This document shows positions 48,461 through 58,295 of a stretch of 64,000 nucleotides of DNA, one piece after another. Origin of the DNA: Saprospiraceae bacterium. Its GTDB lineage: Bacteria; Bacteroidota; Bacteroidia; Chitinophagales; Saprospiraceae. The first letter of the stretch is position 1. Each line of letters opens with the position of its first letter. A model generated the notes under the pieces. It saw only the letters and a list, made by a program, of their open reading frames with translations, made no database searches and was not told the origin of the DNA. Made by a program: the position numbers and the translations under genes. Where the stretch lies: assembly GCA_965230755.1 (NCBI GenBank), contig CBDDLT010000005.1, positions 221,467 through 285,466 of the forward strand, read 5' to 3'.

Positions 48461-49786
48461 TTACTTAATTCCAAGCGACTTATCCAATTTCATTTCTGCT
48501 ATGATCAGATCATAAGAAGCGTTGAGATAATTGGCTTGATTGGTATAAAGATCTCTTTCTGCTTGAGTCAGCTCCAAACTGGAACCCACTCCTTCTTCAA
48601 ATTTTATTTTAGTTATCTGATAAATATTCTCGGCCTGATCTTTAGAATCTCTTGCCTGATTTAGCGTTTTTCTAGCATTCTCAATCTGCACCAAGGCATT
48701 TTGGAATTCGAACTTCATAGCCTCTTCTAACTGCGCCTGCTGTAAGCTAACTCTATCTGATGCAATCTGTGCTCTTCTCGTCTTCGTTCTCAAATCAAAT
48801 CCATTGAAAAGGGGCAATTGAAGTCTCAAACCAACAAATGAACTCGGGAACCACTGAGCGTCCCCTATTTTATCTCCTTGCAATTGTTGATTATAATTAC
48901 CATAACCGACGATGCTTGGATATTTTTTGAATTTGTTCTGCTTTACATTTAGATCCTGTAATTTCTTGTTGGCAACCAAAAGTTCGAGTTCTGGTCTTTT
49001 AGAAAAATCGGACTCAATATCCTCTACGTTTCGAGCCTGATTCGATCCGCTTAGAAAATCTTCTAAATTGCCTTCGATAGTAATATCCTCATCCATGGGA
49101 TAGTTCATCTGTAACTTTAGCGCATTTTTCGCAACCCGAATCAACTGTTCCTGATTATCTCTCTGTGTAATGAGATTGTTATAGTTCAACTCCAGGCGAT
49201 CCACATCTAGTTTTTCTATGAATCCATTCTCATATATTGCCCTGGTATCTGAAAGGGTACTTTCGAGATTGTCGATATTCAAATCCAAAATTGACTTTCC
49301 CTCTTGTGCTAATAAAATGGCATAATACGCTTCTCGAATGGTGTACCTCAATTCGAACTCATCCACCCTTGTCTGCTTTTGCACTAAGTCAAGATAACTT
49401 TTGATAGCCTTTAAACCGACAAAGTATGATCCATCTAATAAAAGCATACTAAGGTCTACTCCAGCATTGACATTATTCAAAACACCGAACTGTACAGCCA
49501 AATCATCAGGTGGATTATCCGGACCAAAACTTTCTGCTGGAAATATGCTCGTCGGTAATTCCAAAAACCGCTGGAAATCAACGCTTGCATTTAACTGTGG
49601 AAGACCGATAGCTTTATACTCACTGATCTGCTCCTTCGCATCAAGAATATTCAATTGATTTTGCCTCGAAGACCATGAAGACTGCAATGCATAATCTATG
49701 CATGAGGATAAGTTAAATGAATCCTGAGCAGGAAGGTTAAGAGAAATCAAAAAAGTTAATAATAATAGGAAGTTCCTCCAACTCAT
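48461..49786 (-). CDS. TolC-family outer-membrane efflux protein
   Basis: Signal peptide from the Met at 49786 (MSWRNFLLLLTFLISLNLPAQD). Two internally repeated halves with long helical segments. First gene of the efflux operon. Confidence 0.75.
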   Translation of the reverse strand: MSWRNFLLLLTFLISLNLPAQDSFNLSSCIDYALQSSWSSRQNQLNILDAKEQISEYKAIGLPQLNASVDFQRFLELPTSIFPAESFGPDNPPDDLAVQFGVLNNVNAGVDLSMLLLDGSYFVGLKAIKSYLDLVQKQTRVDEFELRYTIREAYYAILLAQEGKSILDLNIDNLESTLSDTRAIYENGFIEKLDVDRLELNYNNLITQRDNQEQLIRVAKNALKLQMNYPMDEDITIEGNLEDFLSGSNQARNVEDIESDFSKRPELELLVANKKLQDLNVKQNKFKKYPSIVGYGNYNQQLQGDKIGDAQWFPSSFVGLRLQLPLFNGFDLRTKTRRAQIASDRVSLQQAQLEEAMKFEFQNALVQIENARKTLNQARDSKDQAENIYQITKIKFEEGVGSSLELTQAERDLYTNQANYLNASYDLIIAEMKLDKSLGIK

Positions 49787-49977
49787 ATTAAATCTGATTT
49801 TATCAGTGCAAAGGTATAGAATCATTCCACCCTTTTGCACAACTAATGAGTACAAAAATGCTTAAATGAACAAAAAGTTTTAAAATTTATATCAATCACA
49901 AGTTTATATAGACTAATGCTTGTTTTTTCTGGTCAAATTATTCAATGTAAAATCAGACAAACCATATTCTTTGAAGA

Positions 49978-50346
49978 ATGTTACTTTTACTCAAAAAGTT
50001 AAGAATGCGTAAAAAAATATTTCCTCTTTTTTTGGCACTTTTTTGCCTGATAATTATCAATTGCCAGCAAAAAGAATCGCCGAAATCTGGAGACAGCGAA
50101 AATAGCATAAGTACTAAGCCAAATGGGAAGGTGGTATACGATACTTATTGTGTCATTTGCCATGGCGCTACCGGAAAGATGGGCAACAATGGAGCACATG
50201 ACCTAAGCATATCTGAGTTAACAATAAAGGAGAAAATTGCCGTCATTTCAGAAGGTAGAAAGTTGATGACCCCGTTTAAAGGAATTTTGTCGAGGGAAGA
50301 AATCAAAGCAGTAGCCCAGTACACGGAAAAACTCAAAAATAATTAG
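49978..50346 (+). CDS. Class I c-type cytochrome (lipoprotein)
   Basis: CVICHG haem-binding motif and a downstream Met ligand region (LMTPFKG). Lipobox IINCQQ. Confidence 0.7.
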   Translation: MLLLLKKLRMRKKIFPLFLALFCLIIINCQQKESPKSGDSENSISTKPNGKVVYDTYCVICHGATGKMGNNGAHDLSISELTIKEKIAVISEGRKLMTPFKGILSREEIKAVAQYTEKLKNN

Positions 50347-50350
50347 ATCA

Positions 50351-51415
50351 ATGATCATTACGGGTATCATGATTGGTAGTTCTCTGGATGGCATAGACTG
50401 CACGACATGTCGATTGAGCTCAGAAAAGGAAGAGTTATCCTATCAATTCCTGTATATCGAGACCTTAAAATTGCGCCAGGATTGGAAGGATAGAATTATC
50501 TCACTGCGAAAGAATTGGGATGTGGATAGATCTGACCATCTAGAATCAGAATTTGCCCTTTATCTTGCCGCAAAATTGGAGCAACTGGTATTGAATCAAG
50601 AATACAAACCGGAACTTATTGTTTACCATGGTCCCACCATCATGCATCAGCCAGAAAAAAAGATCAGCCACCAGTTGGGTTCTTGTCGAATACTTTCTGA
50701 GCGAATTGGCATTCCCGTGCTCGGTGAACTCAGGCAGTCGGATCTTGATTTAGGGGGACGGGGAGCCCCTTTTGCCCCATTGGTTGATGAATATTTCTTC
50801 AGTGATTTTGACTATTGTTTTAACTTAGGGGGAATAGTCAATGTGAGTTATATTTTGAATGGATTCCGCATCGGATATGATCTTTGCGGAGGGAATCAGG
50901 CGCTGGATTATTTTGCTCGAAAAACAGGAATGGCATTCGATAAAGATGGTCTGGCATCTTCAACAGGTAAAATTATCCCTACACTTCTTGAGCAATTTAA
51001 TTCCTGGGAATTCCTTACTCAAAATCCACCCAAGTCTCTTTCTAATCTGGAGGTATGGAGGCATTACATTCTTCCTGTTGATTTGGATAGATACAAACCA
51101 AATGATGTACTGCGCACTATGATTGAACATCTTAGTTCGTGTATTTCATCCATGCTCGATGGGACGGGAAACAGAATATTATTAACCGGAGGTGGCGCAA
51201 AAAACAAGTTTCTCCTTGATCAGCTTAGAACTCAATCTCCAAAAAACAATTGGATTGTACCTGAGGATATTGTTGTCGATCACAAAGAAGGATTACTTTT
51301 GTGTCTAATGGGATATTTATTTACTAAAAACACAAGCAATGTAATTTCTAGCGCGACCGGTGCTTCAAGAGATAGCATTGGAGGTAGGCTCTCTAAACCT
51401 TCAATCAATGAGTAA
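50351..51415 (+). CDS. anmK: Anhydro-N-acetylmuramic acid kinase
   Basis: N-terminal ITGIMIGSSLDGIDCT matches G(L/I)MSGTSLDGID, and the length is right. Confidence 0.75.
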   Translation: MIITGIMIGSSLDGIDCTTCRLSSEKEELSYQFLYIETLKLRQDWKDRIISLRKNWDVDRSDHLESEFALYLAAKLEQLVLNQEYKPELIVYHGPTIMHQPEKKISHQLGSCRILSERIGIPVLGELRQSDLDLGGRGAPFAPLVDEYFFSDFDYCFNLGGIVNVSYILNGFRIGYDLCGGNQALDYFARKTGMAFDKDGLASSTGKIIPTLLEQFNSWEFLTQNPPKSLSNLEVWRHYILPVDLDRYKPNDVLRTMIEHLSSCISSMLDGTGNRILLTGGGAKNKFLLDQLRTQSPKNNWIVPEDIVVDHKEGLLLCLMGYLFTKNTSNVISSATGASRDSIGGRLSKPSINE

Positions 51416-52409
51416 AGCAACGAAGATAGCAATAACCGGTGCCTCTGGAATGGTGGGATACTATGTAGCCAGAAACTTGGTCCATAATGGATATTATAAT
51501 CTGGTCTTGTTGCTACGTCCGGGGGCTAGAAACCAACATCTAAAAAATTTCCATTCTATCGAGCTTGATTTCGAAGATCACGACAGTTTGTCGAATTCGC
51601 TGAAGGATGTAAATACGGTTATTCACTGTGCTGCTAGTCTTTTTGGCACTAAGGACGAACTGAAAAAAGGTAATCAACTGTTGACCGAAAAAATTGTCAA
51701 TGCAGCCCTTGATCAAAACGTTAAACGAATGATCTACATGAGTTCTGTGGCCTGTCTGGATCGTTGGCGTAAAGAACGGACAAAAGAAGAAAATATCATG
51801 CAAGATCGAGCTAGGGCAACGGAATATGCCTACTCGAAGTACCTCTCGGAATTAGAGGTTCATAGAGGGATTGCGGAGGGATTGAATGCGGTCATACTCT
51901 ACCCTTCGCAAATACTGGGCTTATTCTATAGCGACAATCCCAATACCCAATTATGGAAAAGAATCGCCGACCAAAAGTATTTTTATCCTATTGGATCAAC
52001 TGGGGTTGTAGATGTTAGAGATGTTGCTGAAGCGGTGAAACAGATTTTAGTAAGGAATATTCCATCCGGTCAGTTTATACTGAATGCCGAAAATGTAAGT
52101 TTTGAACAACTTTTCAATTCTTTTCGCGAGAAGATAAATAAAAACGTATTATCACATCCTTTACCTGCTTGGTTACATCGTTATGGCTCATTGTTTTTCA
52201 GCATATATTATCTTTTCAAACTGAGATTGAGTCATCCTTATTCGAACAAATACTTGCGACAGCTGGCATTCAACTTTTCATTCGACAATAGCAGATCCAG
52301 AAGCCAACTGAATCTTGACTATAGAACTTTGAAAAAGACGCTAGACGATTTGGCCTTGATCATCCAAAGACAAGGCAAATGGAGTGATCAACAATTTCTG
52401 CAGTTATAA
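51408..52409 (+). CDS. NAD(P)-dependent epimerase/dehydratase-family oxidoreductase
   Basis: From the internal Met, IAITGASGMVGYYVARNLV is the GxxGxxG Rossmann motif, and YAYSKY is the YxxxK catalytic motif. Confidence 0.7.
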   Translation: MSKATKIAITGASGMVGYYVARNLVHNGYYNLVLLLRPGARNQHLKNFHSIELDFEDHDSLSNSLKDVNTVIHCAASLFGTKDELKKGNQLLTEKIVNAALDQNVKRMIYMSSVACLDRWRKERTKEENIMQDRARATEYAYSKYLSELEVHRGIAEGLNAVILYPSQILGLFYSDNPNTQLWKRIADQKYFYPIGSTGVVDVRDVAEAVKQILVRNIPSGQFILNAENVSFEQLFNSFREKINKNVLSHPLPAWLHRYGSLFFSIYYLFKLRLSHPYSNKYLRQLAFNFSFDNSRSRSQLNLDYRTLKKTLDDLALIIQRQGKWSDQQFLQL

Positions 52410-52535
52410 AGGTAATAATTGGATGCTAGAAAATTATTAAAAGGGAAATACGCTGAGAAACAACGCATCATCAACGGCATTTCCCTTCTTGAACAAGATG
52501 AAATTTAAGTATTTAAATCATTCAAGATTGACTGG

Positions 52536-52931
52536 TTAGTTATTTAATTCCACTTTTGTTGCGCTGGTCCAATTCGTAGTAATCTGAACATTATTACAAG
52601 TAGCATTCAACAGGTCAAAACCACAAATGGGATTCAACTGTGTATTGTAAGACTTAGAATCAGTGGCTGATCCGAATGCAGTAAAATTAATAAAGAGCCA
52701 ATCTCCGGAAATAGCGCATGCCGAAATCGTCTCTGTATCATTTGCATTGATAAACGTGCTTGCAGAACATCCAGCAATACATAAAGAACCGTGTGCCCCC
52801 TGGACTTCAACTATACAATCTGTGTTGTTTGTTACTACTAAATCCTGAGCGACAATATCTACATTGCCGACCGCGAAAAAAGCAATAATGGTCATTGTAA
52901 TAGAGATTGTCATTTTTGTAAGAGTTTTCAT
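52536..52931 (-). CDS. Small secreted Cys-rich hypothetical protein
   Basis: Signal peptide from the Met at 52931. About 10 Cys in ~110 mature residues. Confidence 0.35.
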   Translation of the reverse strand: MKTLTKMTISITMTIIAFFAVGNVDIVAQDLVVTNNTDCIVEVQGAHGSLCIAGCSASTFINANDTETISACAISGDWLFINFTAFGSATDSKSYNTQLNPICGFDLLNATCNNVQITTNWTSATKVELNN

Positions 52932-53195
52932 AATTTGAAAATTTAAAAGGTTAAAAAACACAAGTAACAACTGTGGCTTTAAATCCTATTTTCGATCGTG
53001 GTTATAGTTTGGATTGACAATAGGAAGAAATTAGTTTGCAAACATTTCGCGCTTTCAAAAAGATGAAAGCTTAAAACCTGTTACTAACTATATATTCCAA
53101 GATGCCTAGGATCTGTGACGGAATAATAGCAATTTTCTTCAACGAATGATTATCGATAAGTCAATAGAGCGCTAAAGCGTGTTCAATAGTTCAGT

Positions 53196-54200
53196 TTAAA
53201 AGTAAAGGGAATGAAAGTCCCATCCTTTCTTTGATGAATATTCTAAACTGGGGAAGGGAATCTTGATCACATTAAGTGTTTTTAATAATGTCTTAAGCCA
53301 AGGCTTATTGGTTCGAATCCTACTCAAATCCAAATCAAGAGAGAGATAGTATTGATAACACCTGGGATCATCAAGAATAAATGAATTCGATCCTTCAGTC
53401 CAACTGTTGTAAAAGCCCCCGTAAAGATTTTCCGCACCGATACCGAAAGCGATATTGACCATATCCCATTTCTTTCTTTTACCGGAATTAATAAAACTGG
53501 ATGGATTAAGGCTTAACCAATAGGTTTGTCCATTGTAATCTTTCAAAAAACGCTCACTCCAACTAGCGCCAAATAAGTCTTCCGCTCTTCTTTTGGTCGT
53601 AGTACTAGCTTGATCATTAGATGAAAAAATTGGTTCGGTGCTATGCGAGACAGGATGCACAGAAAACTTAATCCTCAATCTCTGTTCTTGCCAGATGGAC
53701 TGTTGTACGGCGAATAAACCCGCTCCTGCGGAATTGGCTGCCACATCCTTCCATGAAAACCCCCAGTCGCTCGAGTATGCGTCCAGCATTTCAATCGTTA
53801 ACTGCAAGGCGCTTGCAGTACCTGCACCAATCCATATAGATTTATTTTCTGAAATTCCGGCCCATCTGGAAAGTCCATAAATCCACTCGCTTTCGAAATA
53901 CGCAGTCAAGGTATGTCCCATTTTATCCATGTCCAACCACTCTCCCCCGTCATCAAAAAAATGAAAGCTGGAGCGTTCATAATCCTTATACCAAGCCTCA
54001 TTCAGCCCTACTAATACCGCTCCATAGATAAGACCTCCACCTATAGCCAATGTCCTTACTCTTCCTGAGTTTAGCGTGTCGGAAGCTTCCCAAAAGGACT
54101 TGGTCATACTTTTTATTGGTGCAGATGTATTTTGAGAAAAACTATTTTTCGAAAACAAAATTAGAATTCCAAGAATTAGTACCTTACAATCAATAATCAT
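53196..54200 (-). CDS. Hypothetical secreted protein (DUF2279-like, from memory)
   Basis: Signal peptide. Trp/Tyr/Gly-rich soluble domain. Confidence 0.45.
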   Translation of the reverse strand: MIIDCKVLILGILILFSKNSFSQNTSAPIKSMTKSFWEASDTLNSGRVRTLAIGGGLIYGAVLVGLNEAWYKDYERSSFHFFDDGGEWLDMDKMGHTLTAYFESEWIYGLSRWAGISENKSIWIGAGTASALQLTIEMLDAYSSDWGFSWKDVAANSAGAGLFAVQQSIWQEQRLRIKFSVHPVSHSTEPIFSSNDQASTTTKRRAEDLFGASWSERFLKDYNGQTYWLSLNPSSFINSGKRKKWDMVNIAFGIGAENLYGGFYNSWTEGSNSFILDDPRCYQYYLSLDLDLSRIRTNKPWLKTLLKTLNVIKIPFPSLEYSSKKGWDFHSLYF

Positions 54201-54211
54201 TAATATACATT

Positions 54212-55027
54212 ATGAAGCAATCGAAACTAGTTTCCGTCATTTCCATGGCCTTTGTGGCTTTCATCGCTGTGGTCCTTTTATCCAATTCTATTTTTATCAC
54301 TATAGAATCCGGACAAAAAGGGGTTCTATTTAAGCGTTTTGGTGGAGGTCTTGTCAAAGATAAAACATATGATCAAGGATTCCACGTAATAGCTCCTTGG
54401 AATACGATGTTCGTATATGACGTAAGGATAAATGAGGACTTCGAACAAATGGAAGTGCTCTCTAAAAATGGTCTTACCATCAAGTGTGACCTCTCATATC
54501 GATATCAACCGGTAATGGATAAAATCGGTTTTTTACATGATGAGATTGGGCCTAATTATCATCAAAGAATTGTAATTCCTGAAATTCGTTCGGCGACGAG
54601 GGAGGTGATTGGAAAGTATCTGCCAGAAGAATTGTACTCTTCGAAAAGGCAGACGATCCAGGAAGAGATATTCGAGCTTACCAGAAAAAATGTATTGGAA
54701 AAGAACATCATTCTCGATGCAGTGTTAATAAGAGAGGTAGTGCTACCTACATCGCTGCAGCAGGCGATCGAAAGAAAATTGAAAGAAGAGCAATCTTCTT
54801 TGGAATACGAGTTTAGACTGGAAAAAGAGAGAAAAGAAGCAGAGAGAAAAATTATTGCCGCTAAGGCGAATGCCGAAGCCAATAGAATTCTTAGTGCTTC
54901 TCTAACAGATAAAATTCTAAGAGACCGTGGAGTAGATGCGACTCTTGAACTGGCCAAATCTCAGAATACAAAAGTTATTGTGGTCGGAGGAAATGAGGAT
55001 GGTCTGCCACTTATCTTAGGAAAGTAA
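54212..55027 (+). CDS. SPFH/band-7 (prohibitin-like) membrane protein
   Basis: N-terminal TM, then a QKGVLFKRFGG...FHVIAPW SPFH core, then a coiled-coil tail (EERKEAERKIIAAKANAEANRIL). Confidence 0.8.
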   Translation: MKQSKLVSVISMAFVAFIAVVLLSNSIFITIESGQKGVLFKRFGGGLVKDKTYDQGFHVIAPWNTMFVYDVRINEDFEQMEVLSKNGLTIKCDLSYRYQPVMDKIGFLHDEIGPNYHQRIVIPEIRSATREVIGKYLPEELYSSKRQTIQEEIFELTRKNVLEKNIILDAVLIREVVLPTSLQQAIERKLKEEQSSLEYEFRLEKERKEAERKIIAAKANAEANRILSASLTDKILRDRGVDATLELAKSQNTKVIVVGGNEDGLPLILGK

Positions 55028-55250
55028 AACAATATTTTCCAGAATTAATTTATTAGCCACAATAGAATAGACTTTTTTTGTGGTCCGAGTTGTGAAGCTC
55101 GATTTATCGGTTTAGGAGATCTGTATTTCATGAGAAATATTTACGCAATGATGTACTAACTGTATAAAGGCTTTACAACTTTAGCAATCACTGTAAAAAG
55201 TCCATGAAAAATTTATCTTTGTGGCATCGTTCATTTAAAGACTAATATCT

Positions 55251-57518
55251 ATGGCTTTTGACATCGACATGCTCAAAGAGCATTATGCGAAGATGAAAAG
55301 TAAAGTAGACTTCGCAAAAGAAAAACTACAACGCCCACTTACACTTTCAGAGAAAATTTTATACAGTCACCTTCATCCCGAATCACCAATGCAATCCTAT
55401 GATCGAGGAAAGGATTATGTATTTTTTGCTCCTGACAGAGTTGCGATGCAAGACGCAACAGCTCAGATGGCTTTACTACAGTTTATGATGGCTGGAAAGG
55501 ATGCTGTTGATGTTCCTTCAACAGTACATTGTGATCACTTAATTCAGGCCAAAGTAGGAGCCGATAATGATTTGGACGTAGCCAATGATGTCAACTCAGA
55601 AGTTTATGATTTTTTGTCTTCTGTAAGTAATAAATACGGCATAGGATTTTGGAAGCCGGGAGCAGGGATTATTCACCAAACAGTATTGGAAAATTACGCT
55701 TTTCCTGGTGGAATGATGATAGGAACAGACTCCCATACAGTAAATGCTGGTGGTCTGGGAATGGTAGCCATTGGAGTTGGAGGAGCGGATGCTGTGGATG
55801 TTATGGCCGGAATGCCATGGGAGTTAAAAATGCCTAAGCTAATAGGAGTCAAACTCACTGGAAAATTGAGTGGATGGACTTCTCCAAAAGATGTAATTCT
55901 CAAGGTAGCTGGAATACTAACGGTAAAAGGTGGAACTGGAGCTATAGTAGAGTATTTCGGCGATGGAGCGATATCGATGAGCTGTACTGGTAAAGGAACC
56001 ATCTGTAATATGGGTGCCGAAATTGGAGCTACTACTTCAACTTTCGGATACGATAAATCCATGTCTGAATACCTCAAAGCGACAGGACGAGCCGATGTGG
56101 CAGCCATGGCCGATGATGTAAAGGAATATTTGACTGGTGACACTGAGTGTTACCAAAATCCTGAACAATATTTTGATCAGGTGATTGAAATAGATCTTTC
56201 AACATTGGAACCTCACTTGAATGGTCCGTTTACTCCGGATCTTGCTACTCCAATTTCACAAATGAAAGAAGTTGCAGAAGCAAACGACTGGCCAACAGAT
56301 TTAGAATACTGCTTAATTGGATCCTGCACGAATTCTTCATACGAAGACATCAGTAGAGCGGCATCAATAGCACAGCAAGCTGTAGACCAGGGAATCGTGG
56401 CCCAGTCCCAACTTACTGTTACCCCTGGATCGGAAATGGTTAGATATACCTTGGAAAGAGATGGCATTCTGGATACATTAGGTAAAATGGGAGCTCTGGT
56501 ATTTGCCAATGCATGTGGTCCTTGTATTGGGCAATGGGCAAGATATAGCGATCCCAAAAATGCTCCTAAGAACAGCATCGTTCACTCTTTCAACAGGAAT
56601 TTCTCCAAACGAGCAGATGGCAATCCAAATACTCATGCTTTTGTTGCTTCTCCCGAAATGGTTACAGCAATAGCATTGAGTGGAAAATTGGGCTTTAATC
56701 CAATGAAAGATACCCTGACCAACGCGAATGGAGAAGAGGTTATGTTGGATCCTCCTACAGGATACGAATTGCCTCCTCAAGGTTTTGATGTAGAGGATGC
56801 CGGATATATTGCACCTGCAGCAGACGGAAGTGGAATAAATGTTACAGTAGATCCGAATTCGAATAGGATCCAGTTATTGGAACCCTTTGTTCCAATTACT
56901 CAGGATCAAGTTATGGGAATGCGCATTTTGATTAAAACAAAGGGGAAATGTACTACAGATCACATCTCTATGGCCGGACCATGGTTGAAGTATAGAGGAC
57001 ATCTGGAAAATATTTCGAATAATTGTTTTATTGGCGCAATCAATTATTATAATGACAAAGCGAATAGTGTAATCAATTACGAAACGAACGAGTACATGGC
57101 CGTTCCGGATTCCGCTAGAGCTTATCAAAGCGCTGGTATTGGAACCATTGTTTTCGGAGAAGAAAATTACGGCGAGGGATCTTCAAGAGAGCATGCTGCC
57201 ATGGAACCTCGATTCTTAGGTGTTAAAGCAGTGATCGTTAAGTCCTTTGCGAGAATTCACGAGACTAATCTGAAAAAGCAAGGAATGCTAGGTCTTACTT
57301 TTGTCAATCCTGCAGACTATGATCTTATTCGACAAGACGATACCGTAGATATTGCAGATTTTAGTGAATTTGCTCCTGGAAAGAATTTGACCATTGTATT
57401 GAATCATGCTGATGGCACTAAAGATAGCTTTGAAGCAAAACATACTTACAATCAAGCTCAGATTGATTGGGTAAAAGCAGGATCTGCTTTGAACAAAATC
57501 AGAGAAGATTTAATGTAG
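55251..57518 (+). CDS. acnA: Aconitate hydratase (monomeric ~755-aa type)
   Basis: [39 protein letters not shown], Cys ligands in [10 protein letters not shown] and [10 protein letters not shown], and a C-terminal swivel domain. Confidence 0.9.
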   Translation: MAFDIDMLKEHYAKMKSKVDFAKEKLQRPLTLSEKILYSHLHPESPMQSYDRGKDYVFFAPDRVAMQDATAQMALLQFMMAGKDAVDVPSTVHCDHLIQAKVGADNDLDVANDVNSEVYDFLSSVSNKYGIGFWKPGAGIIHQTVLENYAFPGGMMIGTDSHTVNAGGLGMVAIGVGGADAVDVMAGMPWELKMPKLIGVKLTGKLSGWTSPKDVILKVAGILTVKGGTGAIVEYFGDGAISMSCTGKGTICNMGAEIGATTSTFGYDKSMSEYLKATGRADVAAMADDVKEYLTGDTECYQNPEQYFDQVIEIDLSTLEPHLNGPFTPDLATPISQMKEVAEANDWPTDLEYCLIGSCTNSSYEDISRAASIAQQAVDQGIVAQSQLTVTPGSEMVRYTLERDGILDTLGKMGALVFANACGPCIGQWARYSDPKNAPKNSIVHSFNRNFSKRADGNPNTHAFVASPEMVTAIALSGKLGFNPMKDTLTNANGEEVMLDPPTGYELPPQGFDVEDAGYIAPAADGSGINVTVDPNSNRIQLLEPFVPITQDQVMGMRILIKTKGKCTTDHISMAGPWLKYRGHLENISNNCFIGAINYYNDKANSVINYETNEYMAVPDSARAYQSAGIGTIVFGEENYGEGSSREHAAMEPRFLGVKAVIVKSFARIHETNLKKQGMLGLTFVNPADYDLIRQDDTVDIADFSEFAPGKNLTIVLNHADGTKDSFEAKHTYNQAQIDWVKAGSALNKIREDLM

Positions 57519-57526
57519 AATTTAAT

Positions 57527-57568
57527 ACCACCTTTTCTGTTTAGTATAGAAAAGGTGGTTTTTAAAAC
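57527..57568 (+). terminator. Rho-independent terminator of the aconitase gene
   Basis: ACCACCTTTTCT/AGAAAAGGTGGT perfect 12-bp stem, followed by TTTTT. Confidence 0.65.
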
Positions 57569-57825
57569 TCAGATTCTTACTCGCACTTGACATTATCACC
57601 ATTACTTCTTAAATTTAAATCTCAGGAAAAGCGCCACTCTTGTTTTTCTGAATCCATTCATCACGCTATTCTTTTCACATATCTTTATTGGTTTAGATCT
57701 ATTCTTATCTAAGAAAACATTATTATTGAGGCTAAATTCCCTTTTAAGCTGAACTCCAAGATTTATTTGGCTTAATACTTGGAATACGAAATCAGAATTA
57801 TTTTATCATTTAAACTAACCAAATT

Positions 57826-58227
57826 ATGTGGAAAGAATTTAAGGCTTTTATTGCTGCAGGAAATGTAATCGACTTCGCTGTAGCGGTTATTTTAGCGGGT
57901 GCGGTAGGACTTGTTGTCAATGGATTTGTTAATGATATTGCGATGCCCATCGTTGGAGAAGCAGTTGGTGGAATGGACTTTTCAGATATGAAATATGTTC
58001 TATCTCCAGCGGAACTAAGTGCTGAAGGAGAAGTTACTAAACCTGAAAATGCCATAAAGTATGGTGCATGGATTAATTCTATTATCAATTTGTTTATCGT
58101 CGGTTTTGTATTGTTTATGATTGTTCGATTCTACAATAAAATTAGAAAACCTGCCGAAGAGGCTCCTCCGGCCGGGCCAAGTCAGGAAGAGCTATTAGCG
58201 GAAATAAGAGATTTACTCAAAAAGTAA
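57826..58227 (+). CDS. mscL: Large-conductance mechanosensitive channel
   Basis: MWKEFKAFIAAGNVIDFAVAVILAGAVGLVVNGFVNDIAMPIVG... is the canonical MscL N-terminus and TM1. Confidence 0.9.
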   Translation: MWKEFKAFIAAGNVIDFAVAVILAGAVGLVVNGFVNDIAMPIVGEAVGGMDFSDMKYVLSPAELSAEGEVTKPENAIKYGAWINSIINLFIVGFVLFMIVRFYNKIRKPAEEAPPAGPSQEELLAEIRDLLKK

Positions 58228-58240
58228 ATTGAATAAAAAA

Positions 58241-58275
58241 GGGGAATCAGAATAACTGATTCCCCTTTTTTGATA
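58241..58275. terminator. Bidirectional terminator between the convergent mscL and PKD-protein genes
   Basis: GGGGAATCAG/CTGATTCCCC perfect 10-bp stem with an AATAA loop, flanked by an A-run and a T-run. Confidence 0.65.
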
Positions 58276-58295
58276 TAAATACTTGTACGATTTAT

